Positions 32,444 to 45,041 of a DNA stretch of 64,000 nucleotides are shown one piece after another. A program made the translations under genes and the position numbers. Within the stretch, counting starts at the first letter, position 1, and the number at the start of each line of letters is the position of its first letter. The notes under the pieces are model-generated. The model was given only the letters and a program-made list of their open reading frames with translations. It was not told the origin of the DNA and ran no database searches. The DNA is taken from assembly GCA_040954595.2 (NCBI GenBank), contig CM082580.2, positions 1,788,783 to 1,852,782 on the forward strand, given 5' to 3'. The DNA comes from Balanoglossus misakiensis. Its lineage: Eukaryota > Animalia > Hemichordata.

Positions 32444-34870
32444 TTATTCCAATATTTACAAGTCAAACAGCAAGTAGATACTAAACAAAAAGAATACAAT
32501 AAAAATGCTGAGGCATTAGATCAAGCAATTGAAGCAGTACAGAGTACAGCTGTGGATATGTTTGACAACATTGCTCCAAATACAGAACATCAGGAAAGAC
32601 AAGACTCTGCAGAAGGATGTAGACAAAGTAACACAATGAACATATTTGCCCCACAGGATGACAGTCATTCACATTATGACATAGGTCAAGACATTGGTAT
32701 TGCTGTAAACAATCCTAATATTAATGAACTTCTACACCCACGAATGCCTGACACTGAACTTTACCCCCTTTTACAGACTCTTAACAAGAAGCAAAAAGAA
32801 ATATTCTATCATGTAATTCATTGGATTAAAACAAAAACAGATCCTTTGCATGTATTTGTAACAGGTGGAGCAGGTGTTGCTAAATCTCTTGTTCTGAAAT
32901 CACTCTATCAAGTACTATTGAAACATCTTTCAAGTCTTCCCGGTCAAAATCCTGACAATGTATTCATTTTACTCATGGCACCAACAGGCAAGGCGGCATA
33001 CAATATTAAAGGAAGTACAATTCACTCAGCACTACAAATTCCTGCAAGTCAAGGATTTCACTATAGACCATTAACATCAGAAAGACTAAATACTTTGCAA
33101 GCAAAATATAGAAATCTGAAAGTCATTTTCATTGATGAAATCTCCATGGTTGGCAATGGTATGTTCAACTACATCAACCTTAGACTGAAACAAATCATGG
33201 CAAATAATCAACTCTTTGGTGGTGTCAGTATAGTTGCATTTGGAGACCTATATCAATTAAAGCCTGTCTTTGATGGCTGGATATTTCATGACCTTAGGCA
33301 TGATTATGGACCACTTGCTTTGAATATATGGAAAGAACTTTTCAAAATGTTTGAACTAACAGATATTATGCGCCAAAAAGATTACTTGAATTTTGCAGAA
33401 TTACTGAATCGTGTACGGGAAGGAAAACACACATCAGATGACATAAGTATTCTCAAAACTCGGATAGTACAAAGCAATAATGTAAGTCCACCTTATGATG
33501 ATTCAATAGTTCATCTGTATTGTGAGAACAAACTTGTTGATGATCATAATATGTCAGTGTATGATAGACTCACAGAAACTAAAACAAATGTATTTGCTAC
33601 TGATACTGTAATTGGGGATGTCTCTGAAACAGTGAAACAAAAAACATTAGCCATAGTTACAATGTTAGGCCCTCAAAAGACAATGGGATTAGTATCTCAA
33701 TTATCTGTTGGAATAAATCAACAAGTTGAACTGTGTATGAATCTGTGTGTTGATGATGGATTAATAAACGGTACTCCAGGAATAATCAAGTTTATTGATG
33801 GACCAGACTTGGATGATGTCACAATTCTATGGATTTTATTTGATGATAGCGCTGTTGGCAAGGCACTACGACAAGAAAAACGTCATTTATACCACAGAAA
33901 AATAACCAAATCATGGACACCCATTGCACAGATATCACGGCAGTTCAAACAATTTCCCATTAGACTAGCCAGTGGAAAAACTGTCCAACGTTGCCAAGGT
34001 GATACTCTGAATGATGTGGTTGTTGATTTTAGAACTGCTTCAAACAGAAACCAGTGTCATATACACTATGTTGCGCTTAGCAGGGTCACAAAACTGGCTG
34101 GTCTTCACATAACCACATTACACGAAAATCAAATATCTGTCAGCACTGATGTCACACAAGAAATGCAACGCATGCGATCTCATTCCATGTTACAACTTTG
34201 TTTGACTTTTCCCTATGATATACCAAACAAATTTATTATTGCTTATCAAAATGTAAGATCTCTCCATTGCCATTTCCAAGATGTTGTGAATGATTTCAAT
34301 TTGACATCAGCTGATGTACTTATTTGCAGTGAATCAAGATTACAAAGTGCTGATCAGAATGATGATTACAGAATTCCAGATTTTGCAATTTCCAGACATG
34401 ATGACAACAGTAATCAACAAAGAAGACCATATCATGGGCTAGTATTGTACAGCAAAACTAACACCCTGGAGTCTCTTCCACATTCACACCATTACTTTCA
34501 CTGTGAATTTGTCACAGCAGTATACAAAACAACACTTGGCTTACTTCAAGTAGTTGCTATTTACATTCCTCCTTCAACATCAATAGACACCTTACAAAGT
34601 GCTCTTCTAAACCTTAGCGAACAACTGCATGAAAATCTACCAACAGTGCTACTTGGTGATTTCAATGTTGATTTGTTACAACAAACATCTTCAGCAAAGC
34701 AATTAATAGAATTTATGACAAACCAACTCAAGTACAAACAACTTATTCAAGAACCAACAACAAACTATGGATCTTGCCTTGATCATATTTATACGAATAT
34801 TCAGTCAACACAAGTTGGTGTACTTGAATCATACTACAGTGACCACAAACCAATATGGCTAGCAGTGTAA
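32444..34870 (+). CDS. C-terminal part of a second Helentron transposase: Pif1 helicase + AP endonuclease (5'-truncated by the TIR element)
   Basis: Helicase: GGAGVAKS (altered Walker A), APTGKAA, IDEISMV, FGDLYQLKPV, IMRQ, QFPIRLA, YVALSRV. APE: YQNVRSL, SESRL, IYIPP, LGDFN, LDHIY, YYSDHKPIW. A C-terminal APE is the defining Helentron trait. Confidence 0.93.
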   Translation, partial: LFQYLQVKQQVDTKQKEYNKNAEALDQAIEAVQSTAVDMFDNIAPNTEHQERQDSAEGCRQSNTMNIFAPQDDSHSHYDIGQDIGIAVNNPNINELLHPRMPDTELYPLLQTLNKKQKEIFYHVIHWIKTKTDPLHVFVTGGAGVAKSLVLKSLYQVLLKHLSSLPGQNPDNVFILLMAPTGKAAYNIKGSTIHSALQIPASQGFHYRPLTSERLNTLQAKYRNLKVIFIDEISMVGNGMFNYINLRLKQIMANNQLFGGVSIVAFGDLYQLKPVFDGWIFHDLRHDYGPLALNIWKELFKMFELTDIMRQKDYLNFAELLNRVREGKHTSDDISILKTRIVQSNNVSPPYDDSIVHLYCENKLVDDHNMSVYDRLTETKTNVFATDTVIGDVSETVKQKTLAIVTMLGPQKTMGLVSQLSVGINQQVELCMNLCVDDGLINGTPGIIKFIDGPDLDDVTILWILFDDSAVGKALRQEKRHLYHRKITKSWTPIAQISRQFKQFPIRLASGKTVQRCQGDTLNDVVVDFRTASNRNQCHIHYVALSRVTKLAGLHITTLHENQISVSTDVTQEMQRMRSHSMLQLCLTFPYDIPNKFIIAYQNVRSLHCHFQDVVNDFNLTSADVLICSESRLQSADQNDDYRIPDFAISRHDDNSNQQRRPYHGLVLYSKTNTLESLPHSHHYFHCEFVTAVYKTTLGLLQVVAIYIPPSTSIDTLQSALLNLSEQLHENLPTVLLGDFNVDLLQQTSSAKQLIEFMTNQLKYKQLIQEPTTNYGSCLDHIYTNIQSTQVGVLESYYSDHKPIWLAV

Positions 34871-37800
34871 AAAAATTATTACAACAATCACTAGTGATTA
34901 CTATTAGATCTCTGTACTCAATTATGAAGTCATCTCAAGCACAAAACAATACAAAAGATAAAGTTCAAATGGGCTTTTAAAAGCTATTAAACATTAAAAA
35001 GCACTTTGTCAATTATGCCCTGTTAGTGCTGTTAGTGTCATTTCAAATTTACCTCCGTTTCTTTGATATCTCTATACCAAATCTTAAATCTTGAATTCCA
35101 CATGCATATTAAAAACTGATAACTCACTAAATATTAAACCCCCTCATTCGACCATAATTTCACAGCTTTATATCTAGCTATTCTCTCGGAAAATGTATTC
35201 TACTTTTTATACTGAGAATGGTCTTGGTACTTAAATCGAACTAGCTATCAATAAGATAACTGTATAACCAAAAACATCAACAATAAAACTCCATTTTCCA
35301 TAGAACACAAAATCATAAAAAAAATTTGCACAAGCTTCCAAAAGTAACATATAGTAATACATAGTTTCACTTGATAATGGCCAATTTTTTACAAATGATA
35401 TTCTCTGTTCATCAAATATATATTTAAAAAAAACAGCATCTATGCATCAAAATACAGTTTTCTTATTGTGTGTATGACCTGAAAAAAGACCCTCAAGAAG
35501 CATGTTTTTACCATTTTAAATTTGGCTTTTGATAAAATTTAACATTTGAAAGATTAACAAACAATTTTGTCTGATATGTAGAGCACTTGTCAAAACAGTT
35601 TAATTAATATAAAACTTTGTAAAAACTGACTATTTTAGTCCAAGTCTTTTTATGGGAACATAATTTTCAATCATTTAACAACAAAACCATTCAAAATATC
35701 AAGGCTTACTAGAAAATTGTCAAAAGGACTGGAAAAAAGATTGCTAAATAGCTACAGATTGAACAATTAGTTGAAAACATCTAACTCAGTGTAAGATGTA
35801 TCATCAGCGGTATTGGTAATAGAAAATTCTGGTACCTCAGTCAATTAAAGAAAAAAATAATACTAATATGACCTTATTTGATATGACTTTTGATTAACAA
35901 AGGATAAATTATTTCAAATCAACTCCTAAGATTATCTGTAAATCTACCATTTTGGATAGTTTTCGCCTGATGTACAAATTGAACTGTTCAAAGTCGTTTG
36001 TTTTCTCCAATTTCTATCCAGATTTTCTTTGTACATAGCAAAAACGGAAAGAAGTCTATGATCAATCGCAAATCTTGATGACAATTGTACAGGACAGATT
36101 GTAAAGTGTCATGTTTCTCATTTTAAAGATAATTTTGCCCGGATGATAAACATACTAGTGGGAAAGTTTTGGTTTTTACCAACTTCTGTCCACTTTTTCT
36201 TGATGAACAGAAAAAAATGGAAAAAAGCAATGAAAAGTTTCAATTTTTTAGAACTTTTGTGTGCTACAGAATATGCAGTAATATTTTGGACAGTTATATT
36301 CATTTTATTTATATTACTCAAATACACTAGCAAGAACATTAATATACAAAAGATCATGATTTCAATACCAAACATTTCCATCATTTCCTCTCTAACAGAA
36401 TTCGCAAAGCGCAAATGTTGTTTCACTTCACCAGAATCTATTCAGTCATATAAAAACTGCACTTGATAGACTGTACAAGACTGTCCTACTTGCTTCATCA
36501 TGGATGCATACTCCAGACAGTGAGGGCGCTAAACCTAAACATTCGGCACTGCAACCGCAGTTGAAGGATCAACAGAACGCTACATTGTTCGGAATGTGAA
36601 CGAAGGCACGATAGCAGCCATCACTTTGCTTCGTGAACATTACCTATTTCTATGTCCCGTTGAGGTAGTTTCCGTGAAATAACATTCAGAAGAACACACA
36701 CCAGACGACATATCTTAATACCTAACCATGGATGTATGCGAAGCATTCCAATGAAAGTGTCAAAAATAGAACTAAGATGGCTACTAATGTTTTGAAAACA
36801 AAAATTAAATATTATGCTAAGAAAAAAAGACATTTCCGGTAACCTGACGTACTTCAAACCCCTGACCACTAACTTTCTTTTCGCTGCTGTCAACTCAAAA
36901 CGATATGTCGCTGGTTTCCGGATACATTTTTTTTAGAATCAGCTCACAGTTTTTAACTCTATTATTAACTCAGGTCGAATTGTGGACGATAAAGGGGAAT
37001 TTCGATGACATCCTAACACAGTTTGCCAGGAATAGGACAACCAACTCGCGCGTGCTCACACGGCGCCTGCTACAACTCTCTCTTGATAACGCGACAAATG
37101 TTGCAAGTTGTGGCTGGCTGACTTCAGTGTGATGAGCGAATTTTGATTTCATTCCACAAAATAATGTGATTTTACATTACTTTTTATCGGTCTTGGTCTA
37201 TTCAAACATCATTTTTCGTGTATTTCTCGATCTTTACCGTGAAGAGAAAAATGTAGTGGGCGTCTCTCGGCACACGTTCTAAAATTATCTATTCTCACAT
37301 GTGAAAATACTCTGTCTTAATCTTCGCTCTGAGAACAATACAGCAATAGCGCAGTGGCATACAGGCGTTGCATGTATGATAAGCTCCTCTTTTCCAATCG
37401 CAAACATGTTTCCGTGGTGTAATTTATCGCATACTCCTTTGATTTAGAATAATATGAACAAAAAAAAATCTAATTCGCCTAACCTATTTCTGAACCGCGT
37501 GTAACATAAAAAAACGTTTGGCGTAAACGACCAGCCTCCACTACAAATGAAACATAAATTTCAATATAAAACGACTAAAGCCATAATTTCTACAAGTTGT
37601 TGTTGTTGTCACCCTTTCTCACTGTTCGTTCAAATTCTCTAAAATGTGAAACTCATGCTTCCATTTCTGTATTCATTTAAATTTTGAAAGTAGTAGGCCC
37701 ACTGGAAAATTTACCGGACAAAAAGTAGACATTCATTAAAAGTCGTTTTCGAACAAGCTTTGTTTTTGTAACTAAAACTACAAAGTTATAGCTTTCGCGC

Positions 37801-38650
37801 AGTAAATCTGTCTTTGAATTGTTACTATTGAAGCCCAGTTCATTATCATAAAGTTTCGATTATAAGTTTAGTGTGAAATAAGATGTTTTTCGTTCTGCCT
37901 GCTGGTGTAGAATCTACAAAGTCGGACTTATAATCACAGGATACATCAAATTTCAACGTTTTACTGCCGTTTTTGTACATAGTCTGGTGGTACAGTTTTG
38001 ACCCAATGAACACCGTGTTTATAAATTACCAACATTTTAACGATACATTTTGATACTTTTGTTTGATTAGCGGTTAAAAATTTCTATGGGTGGTATGTCT
38101 TCGACTTCCTTTATTTTGTGTGTTTTGTTCCAAAAAAACGTCAGTGTATGCGTATTGTGTTGCACAGGTGCCCGTATGGCGCCCGCTACGACGGCTCTGC
38201 GTAGTTTCATGAAATCTTGAAAAATGATATCGAACATTCATCAAATATTCAGCGGGAAAAATAATACCTATCAAACTTTACATTATACTATACATAACGA
38301 TGGTAAAGATTTTTCAACACTAGTACAACGCCTCAACTTGCGTACGCATCTGCAAATGAAAAGTGACCAAAACACTGATTCTCGGTTAAAGTTTCAACAC
38401 AATTAACGAGAATACTCTGCATGGTTCAGATCGAATACCTTATCATTCTAATAGGATCCTGCTCACCTAATTGTGTATGCATTTCGATTTTGAATTGTCA
38501 TTGGCCCATCTTCAAGCTTGCAACATTTTTGGAAACTACACTTGGACACACCCACTCCCTTGCTCACTTTTACGTTCGATCTCTTCTTTCCTATACCTGC
38601 CATTGGTTCGGACTTTGCAGGCTCAGAATCCACTGAATATTCATGAGCAG

Positions 38651-38658
38651 TATATAAA
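38651..38658 (+). promoter_or_regulatory. Candidate TATA box for the OB-fold gene
   Basis: TATATAAA lies ~200 bp before a strong donor (CAA|GTGAGT, ~38853) that would end a non-coding first exon. Confidence 0.45.
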
Positions 38659-39198
38659 CCCACCCTCGTGCTCTGGCGTGGGTCATTTTTAAGGAAACCT
38701 GCTAGGAGAAAAGTTTCTGTCCTGTGTGTCTCAGTGACGTATACTTGGAAAAAAAGTGTCCGCTATCCAGAAGTGCGTCTCAGTGACGCGTACTGGAAAA
38801 GTGTCCGACACCCAGAAGTGCCTGTCGTCAACAAGGAATCATTAAATAAGCAAGTGAGTAAAGTTTTTTCCTATTTGTATGGTAATACTAAAAGGAATGC
38901 CTTTGCGTTTTTGCGAAACCATGTCGCAGCATTTCATATTTTATTCAGGACAAGATTGCATGACAACCGTTTCACCAGTTTTGCCTGAATACGTTACCAG
39001 TCGGTATTATGATTTATTATCATAGACATATCAATGTGTACAAAAATCATTCGTCTAGCGTTCGACGCAATCATCATTAACACAATCACAGCTCTCAGGA
39101 GAAATTGTCTAACTTCGCTGCAACTGTCTACTGTTTTCATGAACTCATAAATACCATTATCCACTTGTTCACAGGTTGCATCAGATCCCAGTCTGAAA

Positions 39199-42100
39199 AT
39201 GGCAACCAACAGTCAAGATCTAGCCATAAAAATAAAGCTTAAGGAAGAACCTGAAGAGCGTTACTCCGCAACTGGACCATTCTACAACTTAACAGCAATC
39301 GACGACAACGGCCACTTCCACGAAATTAAAATCTGGAAAGACGGGTGCGTCGATAAATTCACAAAAGGCACATTTCTGGAACTACGGCGGTTCACTAATT
39401 GTCGAGACGGTGGGATTGGCGTCAACAAATATACCAAGGTGAACACTTGTCTTGACCCTTTAATCGTCATTTCCCTCTATAAACCTCAAAACTCGACATC
39501 GCATGATATTACAATTCCGATAGAGCTTGTCTTTTCTCTCTACTAAACGGCAACGTCAAAAGATTGATGTTTACAAAAAAATGATCAAGTTTGGGGGTTG
39601 GGTTTTTGGGCCAAATTCATGTCTGCAGTCAAAAACGATTCGACTTTTTGGCAAAACGAACGATTTCAAGACTGCTTTCTGTTGTGTTGCATTATGAATA
39701 TTTTTGTCAATTAATAATGGTTTTCTGTTTTCACTCAATTTAATAGTACGCTGTCTGAAAGAATTAATGCAGGGTACGCTTCGAATGTTTATCAATTTTC
39801 GGTCTGTTTAGTTAGAGTGGGGGGGGGGTGGGTCTGAGACCAAACTTTTAAACAATTAAGTTACTTTTATTGAACTTTAGATCTTGCCCCTAATTTATTC
39901 AAAAACGAGATTTATTTCATGACCCATTCCCGAATTTTCACTTACATGTTGTAATCTTTAAATAATATCGCTTTACATTTTATTTGATTTTTTTTTTCCT
40001 TTTTGCCGTAGATTGCCCGTACTGGGAACAATGCATTCAAAGTTGAAAAAGAACAGGAGAAACTATTCAATGAACCAGAGGAGGTCCCACTAGCTGATTT
40101 ACAGCACTCGCCTCGAAAAAGGAGGGTCAGTGTTGTGGCTAGAATTGATAAGGTAATCACATATGCACACATTATGACAAAATATTTTGTTTACTCAGAC
40201 AATAAACGCCTACTTTCCTCCAATAGATTTCTATGCAAATTGACTGTTCTCCCCCTGATTCCTCACAGTGATGACTAATTTCTACAACATTGCAGGTTAA
40301 AATTCTTATCTTGATGATTTCTGATTGTCATCCAAAATTATACAGGCAGAAAATGCTTCGGTGAGAATAATTTAATTTCACATCAATAACTGTAAACTTA
40401 CCATACTAAACAACACCTTTTCTTACTCTTATTTCACCAATTGACTAGCATTACTTGTACCAGTCAAGACACATTTCCATTGCACAGTATCACCTTGCAA
40501 TTTACTTTCTTTACATTTAGGTTTCACACGAACAGCAAACAACAAATAAAACACGTAGAAGAGATATCGTTTTAACAGATGGTTTGAGGTCAATGCAAAT
40601 GAACCTTTGGGGCAAACAGTGTGACCTGCAAGTCAGAGAAGGTGCAAAAGTGAAAATTGGACCTGTAATCGTAGACAAGTACAAGGATGTCAATCATGTC
40701 AATAGCACAGTCTCCACAAAAATAAAGGTCAGTATTCATCCACTGTCAAAATTCAGCCTCAGTATTTCTTGTTTCGACATATTTTTGTTTGAAATATCTG
40801 CAATTTCTAAAAGTAGATAATAATTGATAATGACTCTCACAGTTTTTATGACCAGCCCTGCTCACAAATGTATATACTTTTCAATATAACAATTGAAAAT
40901 GACTTTCTGTCCGGACAGAAAGTCAGGCATTGTTGACACATGGAATCCAATCTAACCCCTGCTGTGCCTATACAACTAAATGTACACAGATTCAGCCATG
41001 CATAACATTTATAGAACCCACACTGAAGAGGTTTGATTGTCCCAAATCTAGTAAATTTTTGAAGAAACTCGCAAAAATTCACATATGCACCATTTCTGTT
41101 GTAAACAAACCTGTCGGTCATTTCAAATTTTACAGGCAATATTTAGGGTTTGCACATAGTTACAGCAGCACAAATCTTGCTAATATCTTTATTATCTAGT
41201 ATTCCAAGATGAATGCGTAAAAAACAGGAAATTTTTGATGATGAAAAATTGTCAAAATGAGAAATACTGGGGCTTTAATGTGTTCTCTAACAGTCACTAC
41301 ACACTATCAACACTACTATACAGATATTTCAGATTCATTAATATGTCTCATACTTATTTTCAGACTATAGAAGATGATGCTGAAATTCTTGAGGCAAATG
41401 GTACACTTAAATGAATAGACACAGACGAGAAGTTAGTACATCTTCATTATCACTTCCACACATGTCAGTGTGGCGTTATCTTTGGCTAAACTACTGGACA
41501 AACGACACCAAATTTAAATTATTCATATTGGACAACGTCTGATGGTGATCTCATCTGCCAAAAATACTATTAATACACGATCATGCACTCTATTCTGACC
41601 AGTAGCATAACCTGGTTATGATTAAAAATTTCACTTTTACAACCAATTTGTATATTGTCAATTTCACATCCATTGAAAATACTTAAATCATAACATTTTA
41701 GTATTTGGCACAAACCAACTTGGCTTTCCTTGGGACATGTGAAGAAAATCATAGCTGTGTTGTCTTCCCCTTTCAAAAAGTTCATCCAAAAAATGCGTGA
41801 ACTTTTTTTTCTCTTCCACAGATGTCTGGTCATAGATGGTGTGTACACGCCATACAAGGCAGATATCAGTTCCCTTGGCTCCGAAGAGGACATTATATCC
41901 AAACTGCCAGTGCAGATTGTATACAAGAAAGACAACGGAACAGTTGTACAATTGAGGTAAAACTACTTTTTAGGTCTGCTGTCGGTGACAACTGAGCTCA
42001 TCACATTGGTGGAATGTCTGTCATGGTGTACAGGTTTCTATGGATATTTTCAGTAACATGTATTCAGATTGTCCTGACATATGCAGGATTGGATTTTTGG

Positions 42101-42533
42101 AGCAAATTTTGCCATTCTTTGTTTGTTAAAACTATCTGAAACCAAGGGTCCAATTGCTTTGAAACTTTGTTTGCAAGCTTCCTAGAGATTTCCTTACTCG
42201 CTTAAAATTGCAGTGAACTTTGAATACTTCTCACTTGAGGGCAATTCTTTCCGTTTTTTGACCAAATCATTTTCTCTGAATCCACTTATCAGATTTCTTT
42301 CAAGTTTGGTGTGTAGGATCTTGGAGATTGTATTAGTAAGATGTAACCAAATTGTCCTGAAATAAATATTTCAAGATCTCCAGACATCTTAAAGTAGCTT
42401 GACAATGAATATCAGTCAGGTTGCAAACATTAGATTATTACCACAACCTGCATTTTATCACCCATTCTTACAATGTAATTATTTGCCTCTTATTTCCAGG
42501 TACAGAACCAAACCTAGCAAGGGCAGACGCTGA
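39199..42533 (+). CDS. Spliced ~274-aa tandem OB-fold (RPA/SSB-like) protein; one in-frame TGA in this copy
   Basis: Exons 39199-39438, 40012-40152, 40521-40727, 41364-41431, 41822-41956 and 42500-42533 are all AG/GT bounded with compatible phases (0,0,0,2,2). The segment RVSVVARIDKVS..RRDIVLTDG..MQMNLWG..EGAKVKI..DKYKD..VNST.STKI fits the OB-fold pattern. Confidence 0.75.
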
Positions 42534-42714
42534 GCTTTCCCTACCATACATCACATTCTTTTACAATGACTCTGCAGGCGCATTGCTAGGATTTCAATGT
42601 TTTCAGTCACTATTAGAGTGGTGAATAGTTTCAGTTTTGTTACCCACACGAACTCGTTGGACATTAGAATTTAGGATAGTTTCTTCACAAATATTTTAGA
42701 AGTCTTTTTCATCA

Positions 42715-43260
42715 AACGTGCACATCAGACGACTTTGATATATTTGGTACTCAGACACAGGAATGACAGTAATAAGATTTTTTAAAAGTGTGCTTAAAAT
42801 ATGTACATTTGTGTTTTGAGGCAGTTTGTTCATTAATTCATTTGAACTCTTCTCCAAAAAAATGCACATTGGACAGCTTTGATATTAGGTATTCAAAAGC
42901 CCAGAAATGACAGTGAATAGAGTTTTTTTCAGTGTGCTTAAAATATGCAAATTTGTGTTTTAAGGCTGTTTGCTCAGTTCTTTTGAAATCATCCTAAAAT
43001 ACTGCACATCAGATGGCTTTGATATTAGGTATTCAGAAGCCTAGGGATAACAGTAAATAGATTGTTTTAAGTGTCCTTAAAAAGTAATAATTTGTGTTTT
43101 AAAGCAGTTTGTTCAGAAATTCTTTACAAATCTTCCTAAATACTGTACATGGGATGGCTTTGATATTTGGCATTCAGAAACCAAGGGATAACAGTAATCA
43201 GTTTGTTTTTATTAATGTGCTTAAAATATGCAAAGTTATGTTTTAAGGCATTTTTTTGTC
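42715..43260. repeat. Degenerate ~140-bp tandem repeat, 4 copies
   Basis: GCACAT..GCTTTGATATTAGGTATTCAGA..GACAGTAA..GTGTGCTTAAAATATG recurs at ~42720, 42863, 43004 and 43144. Confidence 0.8.
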
Positions 43261-45041
43261 AAGTTCACTTTTCTATCAGAGTACTCCTAATAGCTTTAAA
43301 ATTTACTATGCACATTTTTCGGGATGTGAGATGAATCATTTGATCGAGGTGTAGGAAAACCCACAAATTTGTATTTTGGGGGGAGACCATTTTCAGCAAT
43401 ATTTCTAATACGAGCTACACTTATATAGCTGGCATAAAATATGTGGTGTGTACGTCTTCCAGACCATTCTCATCCATAGTAAGTTCTAAGACAATTGTTG
43501 CTTTTTTTAAATTTGTTTACTTTGTTCCTGTTCTTGTGTCTGTTAAAATTAACGCAACTTCACACTTTGTATCCACACCAATGTGAGCTTTTACCTACCA
43601 GATATCTGATTCTGTTGCCAATGTAGGACACATTCATTTTCTTACCAGATGTTTGAATTATTACAACCACTAGTGTAGAACAGGGATGTTTTCTACATCT
43701 GTTTTGGTACACATACCAATGCAGGTTTATAGCACAATTCAGCATCGATATATTGCAAAAAAACTTGAGAACTGCTGAAGTTTCATTCAAATGAAGGTGA
43801 CATTGCCCAAATTATACTAAGCTCAAATGTGGAAAATTGACTCCAGAACTGCTGTTCGGATTGCTTTGAAAATTGGTATGCAGTACCTTGAGTAGACCAC
43901 CTGTTGTGAAGAGATCTTTAGTTTTCTATTTTTTGGTGTTTTATCCCTATTTGGGGAAATTGTTAGTTCTGATCAATAAAACTTCTCTAAAAGTATTTGT
44001 CTGCTGTGTCTGAAATTTGGTGTTAAAGTCCCTATGGATGTTATGTGTTACGAAACCTCAAATTGGTGTTTTAGGAAATTTTCTCATTAAACTTGAATGA
44101 CCTACACTAAACCTGGGTATGATGCAAGACCATAATGAAAGCAGAGGACAATTTTTCTCACATTTCGTATCAATTTGTAGTGAAATTTTATCAAGAAAAC
44201 AAATCTGACGTAAATTTTTCTTTGTTCAGGAACTGGTATAAGACTCCTTTTTTACTATTCCATGTTGGATATTGGATCTCATCCATAGCTCTACACATTT
44301 TATTTAAAATGCAAACGATACAAAGCTCAACCTGCAACCTCGAATATGTAAGAGCGCCCTCAACAGCAATGGTTAGCCGTCTGACTTCATCCTCTCTTCT
44401 ATTAACACACGAGGGCACACCTGTTGCACCACAACCACCTCAATTTCCAGTACCCCTTGCCAAGTTAAGGGACCATGTCAAAGGATTCAGGTCTGATAAA
44501 AATCTTACTTCTTGAAGTTTAGGGGGTGGGGGTTTTGACCCAAAAAAGTTTTCCATCAAACAAAATAGTTGAGTAAGTCGAGAATTCTTTACATTGCATA
44601 TTCTTATTCTATAAGCAGAAAAATCAATCAAGACCTGATGTAAACTCAGAATTGAACAGAAATGTTTTCATTCAAAAATTGTCGAAATATCAATATGTGT
44701 GATAATGTACTTTTCTATCCTGGTTATGGTTTAAATATGGAGTTGTCACAATAATGAAATAATAAGATGCACTGATCAGTATTCAACAATTAGGTTACAA
44801 GGGGGAGTGCAGGGGTTTCAAGCTAAACTTATTTTTTGTTATTTGACATCGTCCCTAACCCCTTACAAAAATTGACAAGGCGACAATTCCACAAACATGT
44901 TTACATTTCACAATGGTGCAACTCACAAGCCTTACACCATATACACTATAAACCAAAATGGTTTAACACTGGTTTTTCTAATCTTGTTATTCTGTCAACC
45001 AATCACAGTACTGCACGTGAGCATATTCAGTTAATATCTGG

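Noticed and set aside
23915-34870. One Helentron gene simply interrupted by an insertion
   Set aside because: Helicase motifs I-II appear on both sides in divergent versions and there is no TSD, so two elements are involved.
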